In this document: positions 36,532 through 49,429 of the stretch, in pieces | Layout of the letters: the number at the start of each line of letters is the position of its first letter | How positions within the stretch are numbered: the first letter of the stretch is position 1 | Assembly: GCA_002633005.1 (NCBI GenBank) | Contig: NMRA01000230.1 | Coordinates: forward strand, 556,201-620,200 | Reading direction: 5' to 3' | Length of the DNA stretch: 64,000 nucleotides | From: Phoronis australis | Lineage: Eukaryota; Animalia; Phoronida | Notes under the pieces: generated by a model | The model's database searches: none | Seen by the model: the letters and a program-made list of their open reading frames with translations, nothing else | What the model was told of the DNA's origin: nothing | Position numbers and translations under genes: made by a program

Positions 36532-38228
36532 AAACAAGAGAAACACTAAGCGATGAAATGTCCCCACGAATGCACTGCTAATGATGTGCTTCTAGGGGTG
36601 TGTATTTGGAATATAAAAATGACAACTAGATGGTGCAAAATATGTCGAATCAATCCGAGAACTTGTATGTGTCATCAAAGCAATTTACAAAATTTCATAA
36701 AAATCCATCAAGGAACTTCTGAGAAAACAGTCGAAAATGAAAAAATGAAATTGCCACTAAGAGGCTATTTAAGCGCAAAAACACAACTGCCACTAAAAGA
36801 CGCCAAAGTATATAAAGTCTTCAGAAAATCATCGTCTGACTTCTTCTTCCCAATGGAACGCAAATGCCAATATCCACATCCATCCTTAGAGTGGTGTGGT
36901 TGACAGAGGGACAGATGCCAAATAACGGCTCGAAAACAGCAAAAATGGCCACAAGGTGGCACAAAATGCCTCAAATTCTACTGAAGACCGGATGATAGCG
37001 TCAACTCACTAATAGATGCCCCAACTGCCAAATCTCATGAAAATCCATTGACGACCCTTTCGGATTCAGAGGTTTAAGGGGGCACACCTGTAGCATGTTC
37101 TGCCCGAAAGTCGTCATTCTCTGTTTTCAACTTTTTAAAAATACATCAGCAAAATTCAATAAAGATCCTGCAGAGCATGTAACAGATACAGCCATGGGTG
37201 AAAAAACAAAAAAAACTGCCACTAGGAGACGCCATAGTATTCCAAGCCATCGGAAAATCATCTGCAACTGCCTAATAGTAAGAAAATATATGCCAATTTT
37301 CAAAATCATCCCTAGAGCGGTTTGGTTGAGAGAACGGTGGACGCCAAAACGCGAAAACAGTAAAAATGGCCACTAGGTGGTGCAAAGCACAACTGAATTT
37401 GTCCGAAAACGCGAGTATGGCATCATCACACTAATAGATGTCTAACTACCAAATTTTATGAAAACCCATTTAGGACCTTCAAATCTACAGAGGTAACCGT
37501 AAAATATTAAAATTGCCAATAGGGGGCATACCAGTAGTCGGAGAGGTCCGAAATTCATCATCCGTCATCACCTTCATCAGGACACATCCTGCCAAATCTC
37601 ATCAAGATCCTGTGAGTGGTTTAGGAGATACAGCCATGGGCGAAAAAACAAACAAAACTGCCACTAGGAGGCGCCAAGGTATTCCAAGACATCGGAAAAT
37701 CATCGACAGCTCCGCTGTACACAGTAAGAACATATCAGTCAATTTTCAAAATCATCCCTACAGCGGTTTGATTGAGAGAACGGCAGACGCCAAAAAACAG
37801 ACTCGCAAAGTATCTCAAATCCCTTTGAAAATGGGAGGATGGCATATTCTTACTAATAGATGCCTAACTCATAAATTTTATGAAGAATCTGTTGAGGATA
37901 TCCGAAGATACAGAGATAAGCGTAAAAAACTAAAATTGCCACTATGGGCCACACCGGTAGTCAGAGAGGTCCGAAATTCGTCGTCGTGTGTCGTCAGCTT
38001 CATAGAAACACATCTGCTAAATCTCATCAATATCCTGTGAGGGGTTTAGGAGATACAGCTGCGGAAGCTGGACGACAGACGCCGAATGACGGATTATGCC
38101 ACCACATATAAATTTATTTATTCATTATTATTTATTTATTATTGTTGTGATATTTAAAATGAGGGTGGCCTCTTCAGTGATAGCACTGCTTTCCAAGAGG
38201 ACCCTCAAAATATGTGGGCGCATAAAAA
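36532..38228. mobile_element. HINE-like (Helentron non-autonomous) element, apparently full length
   Basis: Begins aaacaagag...aaatgtccccacgaatgcac, has about 147-bp monomers with a 441-bp higher-order period (37213 vs 37654), ends tatgtgggcgcataaaaa. Confidence 0.72.
38110..38208 (-). mobile_element. About 100-bp 3' tail of a LINE/SINE inserted in the HINE terminal palindrome
   Basis: Minus strand: gagggtcctcttgg...gaagaggccaccctc stem-loop followed by an (AAT/AAAT)n tail; it splits ccacatat...atatgtggg. Confidence 0.5.
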
Positions 38229-38459
38229 TGCTTTCACAATTTGAAAATAAAAATTAACCTTCAACCATATTATTATAATGTAAATGAAATGTTGACCTCG
38301 TTTCAATAGCCATAGACACATCTATAAAATGCATTAGAGTTAAAAACCACACACAGAAACACAACGTCCTTTCGAGCTAAGGACCCTTCTGTACGTAGGA
38401 CGTGAATGCACAGTCTATTCTGTTTTCCGCTTTCGTAGCACCATGTCCTCAAGATTTGG

Positions 38460-41235
38460 AACAAGAGCAACAAGGAGCGTTGAAATGCGCCCATGAATGC
38501 ACAGCAAACGGTGTTTCTCTAGGGGTGTTTATATGGAACATAAAAATAATCACTAGATGCCGAAAAATATGTCGAATCCATTCAAAAACCATCAAAGCTA
38601 TCCAAATTTCATGAAATCTGCCAAGAAACTTCTGAGAAACCGAGGAAAACGAAAAAGGAACTTGCCACTAAAGAGGATATAGGTGCAAAAACATAACTGT
38701 CATTAAGAGGCACCACAGTAAATAAAGTTGTCAGAAAATTGGACGACATCGTCACCTCACTAATATTCACTGTATGCCTATGTGCTAGATTTTATGAAAA
38801 TCCATTGACGAACTTTGAAGGTAAACATAAAAAAATAAAATTGCCACTAAGGGGCACACCAAAGTCAGAGAGGTCCGAAATTCATCGTCTATCGCCATCT
38901 TCATAGAAACGCATCTGGTAAATCTCATCAAGATCCTGTGAGGGTTTAGGAGATGTCGCAATGGGCGCAAAAACAAATAAAACTGCCACCAGGAGGCGCC
39001 ACAGTACTCGAAGTTGTCGGAAAATTATCGTCAAATGCAAAAACATATATGCCAATTTTCAAGATCATCACTGGAGCGCTTTGGTTGATAGAAGAGCGGA
39101 CGCCAAAAACAGACTCAAAAACATTAAAATAGGCCACTAGGTGGCGCAAAGTACCTCAAATCTCTCCGAAAATGGACGGATGTCATCATCTTACAAATAG
39201 ATTCCAATCACATCTAAGGAAAATCGTTTGAGAACCTCCGAAAATACAGACTTTTCTGAAGTAAGTGTAAAAAAAACTAAAATTGCCACTAGAGTTTCCG
39301 AAATTCGTCGTCGTCTTTCGCCATCTTCAAAGAAGCACATCTGCTAAATCTAATCAAGATCCTGCGATTGGTTTAGGAGATGCAGTCATGGGCGCAAAAA
39401 CAAGAGGTGCCACCGTAGTCAAAGTCGTCGGAAAATCATCCTCAGCTGCCCTCTTCACTGTAAAAACATATGCCGTATTCGCCGTAATAACCACCCATGC
39501 CCCTATAAGTGCCCCCCACGCGTTTTCAGACTTTGCTGAAATAAGCGCCCAGTCCATGAACGTGTACATGCAAACTTATGACGTACCTACAGTCCTAAAA
39601 CAGTAACGTCTTCAATTTATCAAAAAAATTACACTTCAAAGTAACGCAGCGCTTCAAAAAGAAACGTTGTTGCTACGCTCTCGCGACAACCGTGTCCCAC
39701 TGTAGTCTGACCTTTCAGTAGACTCATCGACTGTCTCATGAATAAAAACAACTCGGTGTTAAACGCACGTGGCCAGGAAGCGCACGCTACATACATGAGC
39801 CTGTCATCAAAGACATTAGTCGGGAACTATCCAATCATGAAACGGGTAGCATAGCATCGATAAGAAATGAATATTGGCACTAATTTCCGACAATTTCTAA
39901 AACTATAAAACATGTTTGCGTTATTTTTGAGATGGATTTGATTAACCATAATTGGTGTTTTTAAGCCGAATATCTGATAAAATGACAACTGACAGTTAAT
40001 GCTTACACACCCTTACACCGAAAAATAACTGTCAGATAGTCACGTACGCATCCAGCTACACGGCGGCTAATATGGGGCTTACCGAGACAAATGTCGAAAG
40101 TTTTTAGCACGAGACCGGCAAGTGCTGAATGAAACACGTTCTGGTTTAGGTCTACTGCTTGTGAAAATTTCTTTAGACACATCTAGCTAGGTAGATTGCG
40201 TGGCTCTGGCCAAAAGACGGTCTGCTTTGGCAAATGAACTCTGGTGACACGCACACACTCGCTTACTTGCAGACGAACTTCAAAACAAACGTCACATGAG
40301 AACAACATGTGTGTTCGTCCAGACATTTTTCTCGCCGTGTTGCCGATCATACATGTACATGTAGATGGCACGATGTTGCACAGATTTGTACTTAAACCTG
40401 CCGTTAATCCAGACTCCACGGGAACTCAAAAAGAGATGCTACTTATAAAACTTAATGAGGATTTCAGGTAATTTGCTTGAGTCGAAACCATTTTTATTCA
40501 AGCATTGAAGTCGCCATATCGAAGACGGCGATTTCGAGGCAGTAAGTCGGCGAGTTTTCGCCCTGGGATTTCAGCACAATTTTCTGTAAAATGATCGTAA
40601 TTTAGCAGCAAAGTTTGATAGCAATGCACCACAGTTTTGTTGAAAGTCTTTCATAGATTACGTACATATACGTCACAGAGCGTAAATTTGATGAATCTCA
40701 GCTTCGGATTTTACCTGTTTCGGAGACCAGGTTTCAACCGCATTGGGTTTTAATAAGCGCCCCCCCCCCCTGAACCGAACTTTCTAAGTGCCCTGCGCAG
40801 TTATTACGGTGAATACGGTACGTCAATTTTCAAAATCATCCCTAGAGCAGTTTGGTTGAAAGAAGGGTGGATGTCAAAATAGACTCAAAAACATTAAAAA
40901 TTGCCACTAGGTGGCGCAGAATACCTCAAATCTGTCCCAGAACAGACTGATGGCATCGTCTCATTAATACATTACCTAACTGCCAAATTTCATGAAAATC
41001 CGTTGAGGACCTCCGAAGATTAGGAGGTAAGCGTAGATTTAAATTTGCCACTAGGAGACACACCGGTAGTGGGAGAGATCCGAAATTTGTCGTCTGTTGT
41101 CAGCTTTATAGGAATACATCTGCCAAATTTCATCACGATACTGTGAGGATTTAGGAGATACGGCTGCGGACGCCGGACGCCCAGACAGAGAAGACGGCAA
41201 ATGCGAACATATGTAAATATGTGGGCGCATAAAAA
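38460..41235. mobile_element. HINE-like element interrupted by a nested MITE
   Basis: Starts aacaagagc...aaatgcgcccatgaatgcac and ends atgtgggcgcataaaaa (subterminal inverted atgcgccca/tgggcgcat); the monomer resumes in register after 40820. Confidence 0.72.
39473..40818. mobile_element. Tc1/mariner-superfamily (Tc2/pogo-like) non-autonomous element nested in the HINE
   Basis: TIR ccgtattcgccgtaataa / ttattacggtgaatacgg with TG/TA flanks (decayed TA TSD). The interior is homologous to 57440-58165, 60575-60966 and 62890-63420. Confidence 0.8.
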
Positions 41236-43580
41236 TGTTTTCAAATTGTCAAAATAGTTGGAACAGTCCTAAAGCAATGCCGTACAACTGATGCCTGGTG
41301 TTATCAATAGAAGAGATCACAGGACAGTACCAGTTCATTAGCGATTTTTCAAAACTGTCGTATCTTATTGATACTAAGTTGAAGACTTTAGTGTAGAATT
41401 TTAGAACTTTAGGTGAAGGCACTTTTCGCATGTGCGTACGGCAACCATGGACTGGGCGCTTATTTTAGCAAAGACTGTAAACGCTTGGGTGTGGTTACAG
41501 TGGCATGGACGCTTATTACGGCGAATACGGTAAAACAAAATGTTGATTTAATGAACTTATTTTTTCCTGTTGGTACCTTGTGTTTGTAAAAAATGCTTGG
41601 CCTTCGGTAAAATCAAGATGCAAAAATATCCATACAAAAAGTTCCAAAGGTAATCTAGAGCATAATAACAAGACCTAAAGGAAGGCACGTCAAGTGGCTT
41701 TTGCGCTGGAGTCAACATGTTATTTCTGCTCTGACCTGCCAGGCTGTGTTTTGTGTTGAAAAAGCCGATACTAGGCATTTTTAAGCGGTAGGAACCTACC
41801 ACCTACTTTACCGAGCACTTTTTCACATCCTCATTGTTGTAGTCACTCGCTTTGTGTTTTTCAGTGCATTGGGTCATTGGGTGGCTTGTATGAAATGATT
41901 TCATAGCAATCATTGTTTCATCTTTCATATTTTTGATCCCCAGGATCTTTTTAAGAATTGGGCTTTTCTTTTTTCTGCTGAGCCTCGAGGAAAGTAAACC
42001 GGTGTTTAGAAAGGATAGAGGAAACTGTTGGAGACATTGGGAAGAACAGAGGGATACAACTGGAAGAAGAATAAACATCTGCTGGAATATTCTCTGAAAC
42101 TCAAAAATGCCACTGTGGATCAAAAAATTCATAAATGTACCTGCGTGTACTATGATAACACATCACCATTACTACGTATTTACATGGGCATGGGTAAGAA
42201 ACATCAACAACATGGCCCAGAAAATACGTTTGTACAAGTTGAGGGTGAGCTCTAATTTAAAAAAAATGATTGAAATGCATTCTCATTACAATGATGATTG
42301 GTAATGTTTTAAAATTTATTTCACTTTTGATATTTTGACAGCCACATTTGCTTATTTAAGTTTTGAGTTAGTATTCTACTTCACGCATAACAGCCATTTT
42401 CCTGATAACTAACAGCTGTCAAATACAAAATGAATATCACTTTTATTCCCATCTACATTGCTTACCTTCTTCAAATGGAAGTGAAGATTATTGGGGGTTG
42501 TTTCATAATCTTTAATCAAGTGTATTGGAAAGTTAAAATCCTAGAGTATATTCGTAGCATAGGCCCACCTGTGATGATTCCGTGCAAATAGTCAGTAAGT
42601 ACATTTTAATTACATTGAATTAGTAGCAAAGACCAATTCATGTAGCTTAAATACTGCAAATCTATGAATTATTCTGAATTGATATCTTAGTTACAACAAG
42701 CAATTTATTACTAGAAATTCAGAGTGTACGTCCGTCATTAACTCCATCATTAACTCAACTTAAACACGCATCAAGCTGCCTCACAAAAAGTTCTTAGAAG
42801 ATATCCTCAAAAAATTATTGTGTTGTACTTTGCAAACATTCCACTGAGTCATTATGTAAAACAAAAAATGTAACTTTAAGCCACTCAAAGAAAGTCAACG
42901 TCAACAATTAAAAAAAATCCAATTCTCTTCGCTTGTCTGTCACACATAAGGCAATTTTCTCAGTCAGACCAAAAGTAAGGGGTAAATCAGATGCTATAAA
43001 ACCTATCAATGACACCTATCAATTGATAGCTATTTATAGCTATTTTCCTAACATGAACGTCCCCAAATGAAATTGCCGTAAGCCATTTTAGTCATTCTGT
43101 TATTAGAATTTTACCAATAGTAATTTTTACTCTGATGACGAGAAAATGACATGTTGTCTTATTACTTTTGCATTGTTTTGTATATTCTGGTCAGTTGTTC
43201 ACTAGACTATATGGAGTTAGCTGTAACCTGGCGTTCAAAGCCTCGATTTTTTGGGACATTCAGATGACCTATTTTCTACGCCATGTGGCTCAATCACGCA
43301 GTCAATCAGATCCAACACTACGCTTTACCTTAACAAACAGAAATAAGGCTCTTCTGTGTATCTATTTGTTATACGATAGTAATTTCATAAACATGGTCGG
43401 TGGACATTCACGCAGAAGGCCATTACCACCAGAAGTCGAGAAGCAAATTCAGCAACACACAGCAACAAATGGATAAAAAAAACCCAATCATATGTTTAAG
43501 TTTGGTCGAGACAATGGCAATGTGGTCAAACTCTGTAAAGAAATTGGCCTTGAACATAACAGAAATTAATTTACAAACAA

Positions 43581-45474
43581 CTCGGGTAAGAATTTGACAC
43601 GTTTGACACGCTCTAAAAACGTGAAGTATTGAAAAGCCCTAAAGGCGTGTCAAACGTGTAAAATATAGCGTGTCAAACGTGTCAAGAACATGCCAAAAAC
43701 GTGTAATTTTCGTTCCAATACAACACGTTTGACACGCTTAGCGTGTCAAACGTGGCAAAAAGTGTGTAAAACGTGGTGATAGCGTGTCGAACGTAGCGTG
43801 CCAAAACATGGCAAAAACGTGGCACTTTTGACACTCTAGCGTGTCAAGAACATGCCAAAAACGTGTAATTTTCGTTCCAATACAACACGTTTGACACGCT
43901 TAGCGTGTCAAACGTGGCAATAAGCGTGTAAAACGTGGCGATAGCGTGTCGAGCTTGGCGTGCCAAACGGTGGCAAAAATGTGGCACTTTGGACACGCTA
44001 GCGTGTCGAACGTGGCGATAAGCGTGTAAAACGTGGCGATAGCGTGTCGAACGTGGCGTGCCAAAACGTGGCAAAAACGTGGCACTTTTGACACCCTAGC
44101 GTGTCAAACGTGGTGCTTTTTACACGCTAGCCTGTAATCTGTGTCATTGCCATGGTAGCGACCCCACATTTAGCTTGAGGCCGTGTACAAGCCATAATGT
44201 TCTTGTTTATAGCAGCTCATCATCCACCATGGGAATCCATACTGAAAGCAAATGTATAAAGGGATTTCTTCTTTAAGTCACAGTATATTGTTACTGTTGA
44301 TGTAAATAATCCAAAATCTGATAATGATATAGAATCATTAAAAGGATTATGTAACTATCCAACTCTTACCACATACTTTTGTCACTAAATTTCATTACAT
44401 CTAGAATGACATTAACACAGAAATAAGAAAATGGTTCAACATACAAGTTTGAAGTGCTTAAGCTGCTATGTATACATGTATGCATACAAGTTAGCTTTTG
44501 AGTCAGGCCAGTTGCTTGAAGACAGATTACGAAGTAAAGAACAGACACACTTTGTAACATCTTTGAATTACCAAGAGTGATTCAACATTTGTCATAACAT
44601 TGAGTTCATGTTGATTTCGCAGCCCAAACCTCTACATACAATATCTTATCCTCATTCAAGGTGGCAAGTGAGTTGATCCAATAACAACAATTATGAATTA
44701 ATATACTACTGAAGATGAGAGGCGTTCCAACTTCATATATTACCTGCACAGTCAACAGTTTCTACTGACTCTTGTTTTCTGTTATAATCAAACTTACCTG
44801 TTAAAAGAAGGACAATTTGCAAGAAAAGTTTATCAAGCCACTGTCAACCAGAGTACATACATACCAAACTTCGGTTAAAGCTGCACCACACTCGAAAACC
44901 ATACTTCATAAGTGCTCTCCTGACACAACTGCACTCTCTGACAGCTAAACCAACTCTAACTCAGTATTTGGATATTTGAATAGGCAGTGAAAACTTTTGC
45001 TGCAAATTCTTTGATGTTATTAAGGGAACAATTGTTTAGTCATTCAAATTGGGTGATTACCTCCCAGTGGCCTTTTCAGAACTGCCAAGCCTATGTAAAC
45101 TGTATCTTTATTGAAGAGTTCTATCATATTTTACACGTTCGACACGCTAGCGTGTCAAAATCTTACACGTTTGACACGCTAGCATGTAAAATTTTAAACG
45201 TTTGACACGTTAACGTGGCAAATTTGACACGCTAGCGTGTCAAATTTTACATGTTTGACTCGTTAACGTGGCACATTTTACACGATTGACACGCTAACGT
45301 GGCACATTTTACACGTTTGACATGCTAATGTAGCAAATTTTACACGTTTGACACGCTAGCGTGTCATGTTCTTACACGCTTTATACGTTAACGTGGCAAT
45401 TTTGACACGTATTACACGTTTTTTACACGTTTGACATGCTCAAACGTGTCAAATGTGTGAAATTCTCACCCGGG
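43581..45474. mobile_element. Non-autonomous CMC/EnSpm-type DNA transposon, 1894 bp
   Basis: TIR ctcgggtaagaatttgacac / gtgtgaaattctcacccggg, 2-bp TSD AA, long subterminal (acacgtttgacacgctagcgtg)-type arrays in opposite orientation at the two ends. Confidence 0.85.
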
Positions 45475-45938
45475 AAATTATCTTCAATTTCTTTGATATT
45501 GATAGAAACAAGCAAATACAAGCAAAATTGCAAACAGGAACCGAACACATAATTGCACAGAGCTCCTAGCGACGAGTCTAGGCCATTTTTTTCCATCCGC
45601 AATTCCTGGTTTTGAGGTGGGAAATTTTGGAAGTTGAAATTGTTAACTTTGGCATTTTCTAAGAGTCAATTGGTTCAAGTTGTGGTGAAACGTAGAGAGA
45701 ATGCTATTGTAACAAATGTGAAGATACTAGTACCCCAAGACTGCAAATATACAACAGATGAAATAAAGGTCATGAAGGAAATGTAAAACTATGCATCGCA
45801 AACGGGGATTAAAAAGCAGATCTCTATGTATCTTGGAGGTTGCAATAGAATCGTGGTTCATTACAACAACTTCCTAAGTAATGCAAATTGTTGCCTAAGG
45901 CAGGAATAAGTACCATGACAGTTAAAATAGCAACTTAC

Positions 45939-46262
45939 CGGTCTCCTTAACAGCCTCAGTTTCAGCGTACAGAGTAGCCTGCCTGTTTGACACTTGACAT
46001 CGGAACTGTACACCATCGTCAGCTGCATCCAAGTTGACCCTCAGTGTGCTGTTGCCGTTAGTGGTTCCATCATTGTTGTTGGCGGTAGTCATCTTAACAT
46101 TCTCCGTTATATTTTCGAATGCACCGCTACCAATCCGACGTGACCACACCATAGATGCCTGTGGTTTGCCCAAGTTGGCCGTACATATGAGGACAGCTGG
46201 TCCTGTTCCACCAAGAGCAGACTGCATAGGGGCTCCAGATATAGATGGTTTGCTCGGTAGGA
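45939..46262 (-). CDS. Immunoglobulin-like domain exon (CD80-like C2-set type, as in nephrin/Kirrel-like adhesion proteins); upstream exons not found in the window
   Basis: ttccccAG acceptor, G|GTAAGT donor, 324 nt, phase 1-1. LPSKPSI...VLICTANLGKPQASMVW...NGNSTLRVNLDAADDGVQFRCQVSN has the B-strand Cys, C-strand Trp and DDGxxFxC F-strand motif. Confidence 0.9.
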
Positions 46263-48635
46263 CTGGGGAAACAAGAACAAATTAAGCATTACAGCACCAG
46301 TTTACCTATCTAGCTACAACTGATCGCCCAAGTTATCTATAGGTAGTTTCAGACACTTGCATAAAATTCCGGGCTGATTAGTCCTGTGTCGCACTGCCGC
46401 GGCAGCCCTTTAAAGCGAGCCTCAGTGCAAGCTACCAGTACATGTACATAACGCTAAATCGTTGTAAGAGACCGACCGGTGTTGGTACATGGTGCAACTC
46501 CGGACGGTCTGGAGTCAACAGAAAACCACAGTTCAACTGTGAGTCTACACCAATGTGACAAACGAGAGTCAAGTTCTACTTGCTACGTCAGCTGCAGGTA
46601 TGCTTATCTGTTTTGTGACACCCAATGTGTAATTGGGCAAAGCGTTTTCAAAATAATGGGGATAAATCAGCGGAGTGTGAGACCCCTGAGGTCCCTGTCA
46701 AGTCCTCACGACAATTCTACGTTGTGATGAAGACTTACAGCTTGTTAGTAGACCTATACAGCTTTATGTCAAGGCTACCGTTAGGCCTACCTGGTCACCA
46801 TGGCCACAGCGCTCGCTCAAACGAGGTTTATTTAGAACTTGGGTACTTCTGGCGAACTGTGCAAAGGTGTTGGCTTTCAACAGAGATTTTCCCAGACTTT
46901 GTATGAGCGCACCAAGCGTAAAAAATGGGGGCTGGAATTTTTGGGAATGTGTAACTTTTACTATCAGTTTCACTGGGTATGTTTAGGGATAATGAGTTGC
47001 AGACACTAACTTTTGGTATTTCCTGTCTCCTAGTAGAATATTGTCTCGTTTTCTACTTTTTTCGGAGTTCATGGATCTCTGACTGAGGCAGACCTTTTTC
47101 CATTTCCCCAAATAGGGGGCTCGTTCGAGCACATAAGTATGACAAGTCCAATACAAAATGTTATCATAATGATTTTTTATTCATTAAGCCAAAACTATTC
47201 AACATTTTAACATAATAAGTAACTTAAAATGCACAATACTTTACAACATTGAGCATTTCAAACACTATTCAACAGCAAAAGTTTCTATGATATGAAAGTG
47301 GACTTACTACTACCATGGTGACCGAATAGTGTTTCCTTACACCAGAATTTGACAAGCAAGATTTAAAAAATATGAAGTTGCAAGGAACAAAAATTGGAGG
47401 CTTGAAGCTTCACAATCCAACATAGCTTATATCTCAAATTAAAATTATTCATATTGTTGACTTGATTACCTGAATTAAAAAGCAATAAGTTACAAAACAT
47501 GACTTGAAAGCAATTTAGTCAAGCTTTAGAAAAATATGAATCACTTTGTGACAGTCCTAATCAAGCCTTGAACTGCATTTGACAGTCAAACAAAAAACCA
47601 TTTCAAAATTATTTCAACTATTTTTTTAAGTTTGTGTAAGATCGCCTGAACGGGACATTCACAGTAAAATAATTCGAATATATGTAATATTTTTGCTCCA
47701 AAAACACGAAAATCCAATAAAGTTCCTATTTTGTAGCAACGTTTGTCAAAATGTATCAACGTTAAATTTTCACGAATTACAAAGTAACAGATTGAACATG
47801 CCTTCCAGTTCAGCAAAAGTCTTCATGGTGTCGGTGCCACCAGAAATGAAACGAAGTCCAACGGGAATTGAGAGTAACAACTGCGAGGCTGAAATTTGGT
47901 GAACATTGTTGAATCGTGCAGAGTAATTAAAGATATGTCTCACTACATGTAAGTGTAAATTGTTGTCGAAAACAATTTGCACAAAGTTTTAAACTCGTAT
48001 CTTATCCCGCTGTCCTCCAATGGCCGAGGCGATCCAAACAAAGTGACCTAAATTTCGCCAAAAAACTTGCAATAACTTTACACTGCTTGCCCAGATTTTG
48101 ATACTTTATCGATATTTACTGAGTAGAATACACTACCTTTCCGATGATAGCAAAGTATTTTTTCAAAACGAGAAAAAATTGGTTCAACTCATTTTGGTTC
48201 CTAGGTTCGACCGCCCTAGGTAAGGAACAAAACACCAATGCTATTTTAACATAATAAGTACGCGTAATATTCCAAAAAATTCAACGACCACTAACTACAA
48301 ACTACATGTATAAATACACTAACTATGCAAACGAATCACGAGATATTACTGATAAAACAAAATAATGAAGACTTTTCGAGCAAGCGATAACACAATCAGT
48401 TACAAGGAAAAAATGTCGGCGTTCAGGACAAGTTCCTGAACTGATGAGCCGGAAATGTGGGTACGGAAATAACCGATGACAGCCGGTAATTATACGCTCA
48501 CAGAGAAGGGTCAAATACTGTTAAAAAAATCGCTTTTGGCAAGAAAGGCGAAAAAAATATAAAGAAAGGGTGTCGAAAATAAGATTTTACTAAGTATTTT
48601 CAGATACTGTAACAACAATGGCAGTTTGAGACCAG

Positions 48636-49036
48636 GGCCCGGTCTCTAATCTTTTTACTCGAAACGAACTCGAAATTATTTTTTGCAATTTTCCTGCTCC
48701 TTTTGTGCGAACTTAAGATAATTGGTTATCAGACTGTGCTCGAATACATTATAGTTTATGCATAGGAGTTTCCAGTTCAAGTTTGCCCTTGAAGACCCTT
48801 ATATCCGTGCTACACACTCGAGTAAAAACTCGAAATTTCGAGTTCAAACTCGAACTTATTGCTTTAATATTGGGTTTACAAACTGTGAACTTAGGGCAAT
48901 AAATTATCTACGTCAGTTATTGTGTACTCGAGCATAGAATAATAGACACTTATCTTGAGTTCGCCCAAAAGTAGAGTAGAAAATGCCAAACCTAATTTCG
49001 AGTTACATTTCGAGTAAAAAGATTGGAGACCGGGCC
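48636..49036. mobile_element. PIF/Harbinger-type MITE, 401 bp
   Basis: TIR ggcccggtctctaatctttttactcgaaa / tttcgagtaaaaagattggagaccgggcc with a perfect 3-bp TSD CAG (48633-48635, 49037-49039). Confidence 0.9.
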
Positions 49037-49429
49037 CAGGACTTTAACATGCATAAATTGGTGAGCCTACATAGGTATGGTCAGGAAAACAAAGCGATGA
49101 AAAATAAGTATTGTAGGTCGTACAGCATACCGTATTATTTTGCACTAATTGATTTCTCGGGGAGCATTTATTGTAGCCTAAGGTGGTTGAAACCCACGGT
49201 ATGCTGTACGGGTTACATTACTTATTTTTCTTTGATTTGTTTTACTGAATTTCACTTTGGGGAACATTCACAACATTTACTTGGCCCTTTCGACCCTTTT
49301 GCAGCATAACAGAAACCAGTTAGTATCCAAATTTTCGGTTATTGATCAACTTTTGTTGTCTAGGTTGACATATTCTGCAGTTCTTTTTCTACTTGGCGAA
49401 AAATTTTCACCAAGTATTTTACTCTGACA

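Noticed and set aside
36275-39606. Cluster of 60-175 aa ORFs
   Set aside because: Mostly translations of non-coding HINE monomers; frames are not conserved between copies.
48420-48475. Hammerhead-like arrangement (hairpin, then CTGATGA...GAAA)
   Set aside because: No NUH cleavage triplet before stem I and no credible stems II and III.
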